A program made the position numbers and the translations under genes. Below are positions 38,456 to 43,673 of a stretch of 43,673 bases of DNA, one piece after another (the stretch's first letter is position 1; the number at the start of each line of letters is the position of its first letter). The stretch lies in sequence record DRR723986_29597, one strand, 5' to 3'. Below the pieces are notes generated by a model. The model had not been told where the DNA came from, did no database searches, and saw only the letters and a program-made list of their open reading frames with translations.

Positions 38456-38980
38456 TTATTCGGATTGCACCCATTTCCTAACTCCTATAATTTTATTGTC
38501 TTGAATGTAATGTTGCTCAAAAAATCTGTAAGTTTCTATTGATCCATCTTTTGTATATCTATTCTCTGTAAACGATAACATAATTTTATTCAAGGTATTA
38601 TCATAAGAAGGTATTAATGGAATTACCTCTTCTATAGTGCGTGTTATTGAATCATAAGGTGCATGCATTGATTTAATTAGAGAGATTCCAGTATCTAAAT
38701 CAAAAACTAATTTTTCCAATCCTTTCTCAGGATAAAAAAACATTGAATCCCTAAAATTCTCTTTAGACATAAAATTATAATCCTTGTTCACAAATGCATT
38801 AGAAAAGGAAACCGCTAATTCTGCTGCCTGATTACTACCTAAGGCATAATTTGAATTCTTATTGGGACCATCTAAAATAAAACCAGCAGATGTATCCACT
38901 GATTCTATATTACTTTGTTGACATCCTAACATTAAAATGAAGCATATCAAGCAGTATAATGGGGGTTTTATAGTATTCAT
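38456..38980 (-). CDS. Probable NTF2-like lipoprotein
   Basis: Lipobox MLGC. FSNAFVNKD and FTENRYTKDGSIE...FEQHYIQDNKI resemble the domains of 34424-35332. Confidence 0.65.
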   Translation of the reverse strand: MNTIKPPLYCLICFILMLGCQQSNIESVDTSAGFILDGPNKNSNYALGSNQAAELAVSFSNAFVNKDYNFMSKENFRDSMFFYPEKGLEKLVFDLDTGISLIKSMHAPYDSITRTIEEVIPLIPSYDNTLNKIMLSFTENRYTKDGSIETYRFFEQHYIQDNKIIGVRKWVQSE

Positions 38981-38993
38981 AACGTATAGTTTT

Positions 38994-39509
38994 TTAGTTT
39001 AAATGCTGACTCAAAAATCCAGTAACATCAAAAAAATCGTTAAATAAATAAATCTGACCATCACTATTGAAACGCATTAAGGCCATCCATTTATGACTTA
39101 CTGCCTTACCAGTTTCAGCATGCGTATGGTGCCAATTACCGTAAACTCTAATATCATTAGGATTATCACTTGTTTCTTCTGAACTATAGGTGCTGCCACC
39201 AAAAAACTTTATATCCCTTAACTCGTGATTATCATACATGGCTATATAACCGTCTAATGCTGCCATTAAAACCTCCTTAGTTTCATAATCATCTATTAAG
39301 ATTTTATCTGGACCACTCCATTTTAATGAATCTGCAAAATACTGAGAAAACTTATCGCTTTCTTCTGCCGACATAGCTGCCAACATAGATTTAATTCGTT
39401 CTGTATTTTCTTTAAATTTTAATTGATTTTCGGATGATATATCTTTAACCGTTTCCCCAGTTTCACAGGAGACAACTAATACCAATAATATAATTTTTAA
39501 ATATTTCAT
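38994..39509 (-). CDS. NTF2/SnoaL-like lipoprotein
   Basis: Lipobox VVSC, YFADSLKWSGP, IRVYGNW..TH.ETGK.V, MRFNSDGQI....DFFD. Confidence 0.82.
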   Translation of the reverse strand: MKYLKIILLVLVVSCETGETVKDISSENQLKFKENTERIKSMLAAMSAEESDKFSQYFADSLKWSGPDKILIDDYETKEVLMAALDGYIAMYDNHELRDIKFFGGSTYSSEETSDNPNDIRVYGNWHHTHAETGKAVSHKWMALMRFNSDGQIYLFNDFFDVTGFLSQHLN

Positions 39510-39511
39510 AA

Positions 39512-39937
39512 TTACTCTTTTACTTCAGATGCTTTAAACTTCAATGTTTTGTTTACAAAGTCAGCGATACCACTGACTATATATGTTTTTTCATTAGTAA
39601 GGTTATCAAGTGCATACATTTTAAATACTTTACCTTGTTTTCTATAAACACCTTGTGTTGTTCCTTTTATAATTTCTTCTTCCATTTGAGTCCATATAAA
39701 ACCGGTAAATTCACCGCTTTCCATACTGTCATTATGGTTTGTAAATACATAAGATAAATAAACTCTCCCATAAGGTCCTGCCTCACCTGTGGCAGATAAT
39801 TCATAATTTACTCCATCTTTGGTATGAACAGCATCGATTATAAATTCTGCATTTATCAATGCACTTGAATCCCATTTTAAATCTTGTGCAAACGAAACAC
39901 TTACAAACAAGAACAATACATAAACTACTTTTTTCAT
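39512..39937 (-). CDS. Secreted hypothetical all-beta protein
   Basis: Signal peptide (..SFAQ) and Gly/aromatic beta-strand pattern GEAGPYGRVYLSY, GEFTG, QGVYR. Confidence 0.7.
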   Translation of the reverse strand: MKKVVYVLFLFVSVSFAQDLKWDSSALINAEFIIDAVHTKDGVNYELSATGEAGPYGRVYLSYVFTNHNDSMESGEFTGFIWTQMEEEIIKGTTQGVYRKQGKVFKMYALDNLTNEKTYIVSGIADFVNKTLKFKASEVKE

Positions 39938-39965
39938 TTGATTTGTAATTAAAGTTTAAATATGA

Positions 39966-40385
39966 TTAATTCCCAGAAAGCATTTTTTTGAATGCCTCTA
40001 AATCAAATTCGTTTCCATAAAAGAGTGTGCTCATTTTCATTATATCAGCAGCAATTAAAACAGCAGTTTTAATTTCATCTTCTGTTGCACCTAATCGTTT
40101 TAATTCCGATATATGATATGGTATACAATACTGGCATTTTACGGCGGCCGAAGTTCCTATAGCAACTAGATGTGCTTCTTTCTCCGCAATTGCCCCTTCT
40201 TTGTATAACCCCATCTGTGCTTTAAAATATGCATCAGAGCTTTTTAGTATAGAACTAGGATAAACCGAATTAAATGGACTATTTTCTAAAATAGATTTTT
40301 TTTCTTCAGCTGTTAATACTCCATCTTGGGCCATACCATAAATTGAGATGAACATTAGAGCTAATAAACAAATGATTTTTTTCAT
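39966..40385 (-). CDS. Carboxymuconolactone decarboxylase/AhpD-family protein with signal peptide
   Basis: KEAHLVAIGTSAAVKCQYCIPYH....KRLGATEDEI. Start MKKIICLL at 40385. Confidence 0.88.
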   Translation of the reverse strand: MKKIICLLALMFISIYGMAQDGVLTAEEKKSILENSPFNSVYPSSILKSSDAYFKAQMGLYKEGAIAEKEAHLVAIGTSAAVKCQYCIPYHISELKRLGATEDEIKTAVLIAADIMKMSTLFYGNEFDLEAFKKMLSGN

Positions 40386-40439
40386 AATTAATTGATTTGA
40401 TTTCTTAAATTTTTTATTGAAATACAAGCTTAAATTATT

Positions 40440-40456
40440 AATTGCTTTTTGCAACT
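40440..40456. promoter_or_regulatory. Candidate operator AATTGCTTTTTGCAACT (TTGC-N5-GCAA palindrome)
   Basis: Lies 54 nt upstream of the 40385 start. Confidence 0.45.
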
Positions 40457-40679
40457 TAAATCGATAATGTCATTCTTTATTCGATAATATGACAGAAATA
40501 GAATCCATTTAGCTAGTCAGATCTTCTTATCAAAACTGAAAAATCCTTTTTCAACTTAGAATGTACTCTTTTATTTTAATAGAATTATTAATATTATTGA
40601 TAAGAGATTTAAACATATTAATTTTGATTATCCTAAGTCCATTATTTAAAGGTAACGTACAACGTAATCGATTACTAAC

Positions 40680-40949
40680 TTAACTGCCTGCAAAAGGAGT
40701 TTCAAGAATACCTACTGCCAACTCTGCCCATATTAACATAAATATTAAAACTAATATTCCAATGTATAAAAGGCGGTTTTTTACATTATTTGTTCGGTTA
40801 CTCATAAAATTAATTCCAATACTTAGCAAAAAGAGTAGAGAACCCATAATAATGAAATCAAATGGACTCCAGTTGATCTCATTAGTGATAGACATCCCAA
40901 TTAATGGAATTAACAACAGAGAAAGAGGATAGAACATTCTTTTTGACAT
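40680..40949 (-). CDS. Small three-TM hypothetical membrane protein
   Basis: LLLIPLI.M....EINWS.FDF..MG.L...LIWAELAVG, a conserved hypothetical pattern. Confidence 0.8.
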   Translation of the reverse strand: MSKRMFYPLSLLLIPLIGMSITNEINWSPFDFIIMGSLLFLLSIGINFMSNRTNNVKNRLLYIGILVLIFMLIWAELAVGILETPFAGS

Positions 40950-40961
40950 ATATAAAAACAC

Positions 40962-40995
40962 AAAAACGGTTACACCTTAATGGTATAACCGTTTT
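40962..40995 (-). terminator. Intrinsic terminator
   Basis: Minus strand AAAACGGUUAUACC-AUUAA-GGUGUAACCGUUUUU. Confidence 0.85.
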
Positions 40996-41026
40996 ATTGT
41001 TTCAGTAAACAAACCTATTTAAATAA

Positions 41027-42154
41027 TTATTCAGGTATTCCAACTCCATTTTTATTAGGAGCCCATGAGCTATGCATAATTTTCCATCCTTGATCAGTGT
41101 TAACCCAAACGGAAGAACCTCTTGTACTGTAAGCAACCTCTTTGTCGGTATCATTAAAAATATAACTTCCTGATGCATAAAATGTGAGAACAGCTGTTTT
41201 CATATCTGGAGAATAATTCACATCCATATTTTCTAATTCAAAACTTTTCCAAGTAATTACTCGTTCCCTCTCAAATGAGGCTTTATTAAACGTATAAAAT
41301 GGTGACAAATTAGAATCTCCTGTCATATGATTAATATCTTGATGCATAAACTTTGAATATGTCTCATAGTCATTTGCTGTTATTGCATCTTGAGCTTCTT
41401 TTTGATTTTTTATTAATTGTTTAGAGATATCCTCTTGGTTCACTTTTGCATAATATATTCTTGCAAAATTCCAATAAGGGGAACCAAATTGGGCAAAATC
41501 AACTGCTTTCAATTGAAGTTCTAGTGCTTTTTGATATTCCCCTATAGATGCATAGTGTTCTGCCATTGAATCATAAGAGTTTGGTCCATAGTGCATCTGT
41601 TGAGAACGTTCTACATAATCCATTGCCATCTCTTGATTTGGCTCACCATAATCTCCTCTTAAATAAGCATACGACATCATATTATAAGATGCCGACGCTT
41701 GCTCAGGAAATTTTTCAGCAAATGTTTTAAAAGTATTAAAATCAGCTGGTGTTGTAGCCAACCAGTTAATTAAGGGACTTTCCGGATGTTCTGCCATTGC
41801 TGATTTTGCAACATCAGGTCTATCTTCTCGGGAGGTCATAAGAAAACTATGCCATGTTTTTTCTTCAGCACTAAGTTTTGAAACATCTATAGCTTCAAGC
41901 TTTGATTTTTGACTTCCCCAATTTAAGTTTGGGCTACTAACAGCAGCTAAAACTAGTTGGGCACATCCACAATTTGGATCTAACAACAGTGCTGCCTTGG
42001 CAATTCCCATGGCAGATAAATACTCAAGGTTCGCTATTGATTCTATTGCTGCGTTAGTGATTTTTTCAGCACTCTTCTTACAAGATGATTTTTGAATCCA
42101 TTGAGCATTAGAAATACTCGAACTCAAAACTAGAAGAATAAATAATTTTTTCAT
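41027..42154 (-). CDS. Secreted TPR-like protein with C-terminal NTF2-like (DUF4440/SnoaL_3) domain
   Basis: Signal peptide, TPR-like ALLLDPNC, ASYNMMSYAY and PNSYDSMAEHY...GEYQKA, and C-terminal RGSSVWVNTDQGWKIMHSSW. Confidence 0.8.
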   Translation of the reverse strand: MKKLFILLVLSSSISNAQWIQKSSCKKSAEKITNAAIESIANLEYLSAMGIAKAALLLDPNCGCAQLVLAAVSSPNLNWGSQKSKLEAIDVSKLSAEEKTWHSFLMTSREDRPDVAKSAMAEHPESPLINWLATTPADFNTFKTFAEKFPEQASASYNMMSYAYLRGDYGEPNQEMAMDYVERSQQMHYGPNSYDSMAEHYASIGEYQKALELQLKAVDFAQFGSPYWNFARIYYAKVNQEDISKQLIKNQKEAQDAITANDYETYSKFMHQDINHMTGDSNLSPFYTFNKASFERERVITWKSFELENMDVNYSPDMKTAVLTFYASGSYIFNDTDKEVAYSTRGSSVWVNTDQGWKIMHSSWAPNKNGVGIPE

Positions 42155-42194
42155 GATTTTTGATATATTGATTTACATCAAACATAAAATTATT

Positions 42195-42211
42195 AATTGT
42201 ATTATGCAAGT
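42195..42211. promoter_or_regulatory. Candidate operator AATTGTATTATGCAAGT
   Basis: In the divergent gap between 42154(-) and 42292(+). Confidence 0.45.
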
Positions 42212-42291
42212 TATAATATAACAAGTATATTTATTATGTAATAAACTGTCTATTTTGACAATTAAAACTTTAAACAATTAAATTATATATT

Positions 42292-42831
42292 ATGAAAGAG
42301 TCTGAAAAAACCAATGAATCATTACCTTTTTCTGAGATAGGCCCCTATGCTGATAATTTTACCACTGAAACAGTAATCACCCGATTAATTGAAGGGTTAG
42401 GGTTCAGATATTACTGGGCCACTGATGGCCTAAGAGATATTGACCTCTCATACAAGCCTAGTGACGATAGTCGATCTTCATTAGATGTTTTAGAGCATAT
42501 TTATGGCTTAACAGAAATGGTCATTTATGCATTTCATAATAAAGAGTATCCTACAGAAACTAAATATGAAATGTCCTTTAGTGAATATAGAACTAAGACA
42601 TTGTTAAATCTTAAAAAAATGTCTGATATGCTAATAAAAGAAGTTAAAATCTCTGAAGTCTCAGTAAAAATTAATTTCGGTGGTCAAAGTATGTCTTTTC
42701 CATTTTGGAATGCTATTAACGGTCCCTTATCAGATGCTATCTGGCATACCGGACAAATCGCATCAAATAGAAGAGCTAGCGGAAATCCTTTTAATTCCAG
42801 AGCACAGGTATTCTTAGGTAAATTAATGTAG
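42292..42831 (+). CDS. DinB-like four-helix bundle protein
   Basis: GLGFRYYWATDGL...L.Y.P....RS...VLEHI and D.IWHTGQI...RR. Confidence 0.78.
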   Translation: MKESEKTNESLPFSEIGPYADNFTTETVITRLIEGLGFRYYWATDGLRDIDLSYKPSDDSRSSLDVLEHIYGLTEMVIYAFHNKEYPTETKYEMSFSEYRTKTLLNLKKMSDMLIKEVKISEVSVKINFGGQSMSFPFWNAINGPLSDAIWHTGQIASNRRASGNPFNSRAQVFLGKLM

Positions 42832-42850
42832 CGCTAAATTTTACAGTAAT

Positions 42851-42899
42851 AAAAATAAAAACGGTTAACTATATAATAGTATAACCGTTTTATTTTTTT
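42851..42899. terminator. Bidirectional intrinsic terminator between convergent genes
   Basis: AAAAATAAAAACGGTTA...TAACCGTTTTATTTTTTT inverted repeat. Confidence 0.85.
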
Positions 42900-42943
42900 G
42901 AGTAGCGGGAATATTCCAAATATCAAAACATATTTTTACACCT

Positions 42944-43207
42944 TTATCCCAAAGACGTAAATTGAAACATTTCATTTGAAATACCGTTCTTTTTGATTAC
43001 TTCAGCTCTTTCAGGAGTAGATAATATTTCTTTCAATTTACTCATGTCAACATCAAACAATAGAACAACAAAGTTATTATTGTCTATTTTACTAATTGTT
43101 GTCTTAGATTCATCACAACATTGTGCTCTTGTTTCTGACAATTCAATAAAGTCTTTATATACCGCGTTATAACTTGACGTGCATTTCCCTTTAATTACTA
43201 AATTCAT
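42944..43207 (-). CDS. Small hypothetical protein, probable ferredoxin-like (DUF3764-like) fold
   Basis: 87 aa, RAQCCDESKT...KID......LFDVDM..L. The fold is inferred from the secondary-structure pattern. Confidence 0.6.
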   Translation of the reverse strand: MNLVIKGKCTSSYNAVYKDFIELSETRAQCCDESKTTISKIDNNNFVVLLFDVDMSKLKEILSTPERAEVIKKNGISNEMFQFTSLG

Positions 43208-43312
43208 TTTTATTTATTTAAAGTTAAAAAAGCTTGTAGATGCAATCTACAACTACTAATATTTAAAGTTGCAGCACAGCTAAATAATTTGATAAATTAA
43301 AATAAGTTTTAA

Positions 43313-43673
43313 TTATTCCATTGCCGCGATTACAGGTGCTCCGAGAATTCCTACAACACTATATGTGTTTGTTAAGTCTACTAATTCAGCAAACATGGCT
43401 TCACGTTGTTGACCTAAAGTCATATGAGCCTGAACACCTTCAGGGCCATTATAAATTTCTGTTAAACCATAAAGTGTGTTTCCTGTTTCACCACTATTAG
43501 GATCGAAAGGATTATTCAATTCTGGGGACTTAAATACAGAATAAGATAAGACAATGGGTTCTTGATCACCAGATAGGTGATGGGTTTCCCGCATAAACTG
43601 TTCATGTGATGTAATAAACTGATCCATTCTTTCCGTAGCCTCATTTGGCACTACAAATGATACATGAAAACCA
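43313..43673 (-). CDS. Hypothetical ABM-like protein (5' end outside window)
   Basis: Frame is open to the window edge (GFHVSFVVPNE...). SHEQFMRETH, Y...K.PE..NP.DP.S..TG.TLY.LTEIY..PEG..AH. Confidence 0.7.
   Translation of the reverse strand, partial: GFHVSFVVPNEATERMDQFITSHEQFMRETHHLSGDQEPIVLSYSVFKSPELNNPFDPNSGETGNTLYGLTEIYNGPEGVQAHMTLGQQREAMFAELVDLTNTYSVVGILGAPVIAAME

Noticed and set aside
32825-39509. Integron-like cassette array or toxin-immunity array
   Set aside because: No repeated attC-like sites, integrase or toxin gene seen. Several gaps are only 2-33 nt.
895-41730. Short ORFs from the track lying antisense to or nested in real genes (e.g. 895, 2166, 2523, 5960, 7710, 10083, 14950, 17516, 19834, 21333, 24491, 24743, 25877, 30601, 31849, 32284, 33114, 35083, 36226, 41548)
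   Set aside because: Shadow frames of well-supported genes with no recognisable motifs.
43232-43250. Fifth copy of the 17-bp operator (CTTGTAGATGCAAT)
   Set aside because: Half-site spacing is one base shorter. More simply a -7 promoter variant for the 43207 gene.
31498-43673. Aromatic polyketide biosynthetic gene cluster (SnoaL + ABM)
   Set aside because: No ketosynthase, ACP, acyltransferase or NRPS in the window, and the proteins are exported.

Overview
AT-rich chromosomal segment of a marine-type Flavobacteriaceae (Bacteroidota) genome. The taxonomy is inferred from TAnnTTTG promoter boxes, two T9SS type-B substrates and gene order. The left part (1-28.1 kb) is mostly core genome: yitT-like, rhlE, yaaA, RluA-family synthase, PASTA, ddl, coaD, alaS, M23 peptidase, MerR, lemA, two TPM genes, two T9SS adhesins, der and era. 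It also holds at least four decayed genes: a TPR sensor kinase with three in-frame stops, a 5'-deleted remnant, a small ORF with one in-frame stop, and a membrane protein with a stop plus a frameshift. Next to the kinase is a His-to-Cys truncated paralog. The right part (28.3-43.7 kb) is accessory. After a repeat protein and a mosaic serine-protease lipoprotein comes a ~12 kb cluster of nine genes with predicted NTF2/SnoaL-like domains (eight are lipoproteins, two are fused to ABM-like domains). The cluster also has secreted ferredoxin-like two-domain proteins, an exported AhpD/CMD CxxC protein, DUF2892, a DinB-like protein and an HxlR regulator. A 17-bp quasi-palindrome recurs in front of four of its transcription units. 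This exported, apparently cofactor-free small-molecule toolkit is the best candidate for an undescribed system. No tRNA, rRNA, CRISPR array, transposase or integrase was seen. All family calls come from motif recognition by eye, not from database searches.
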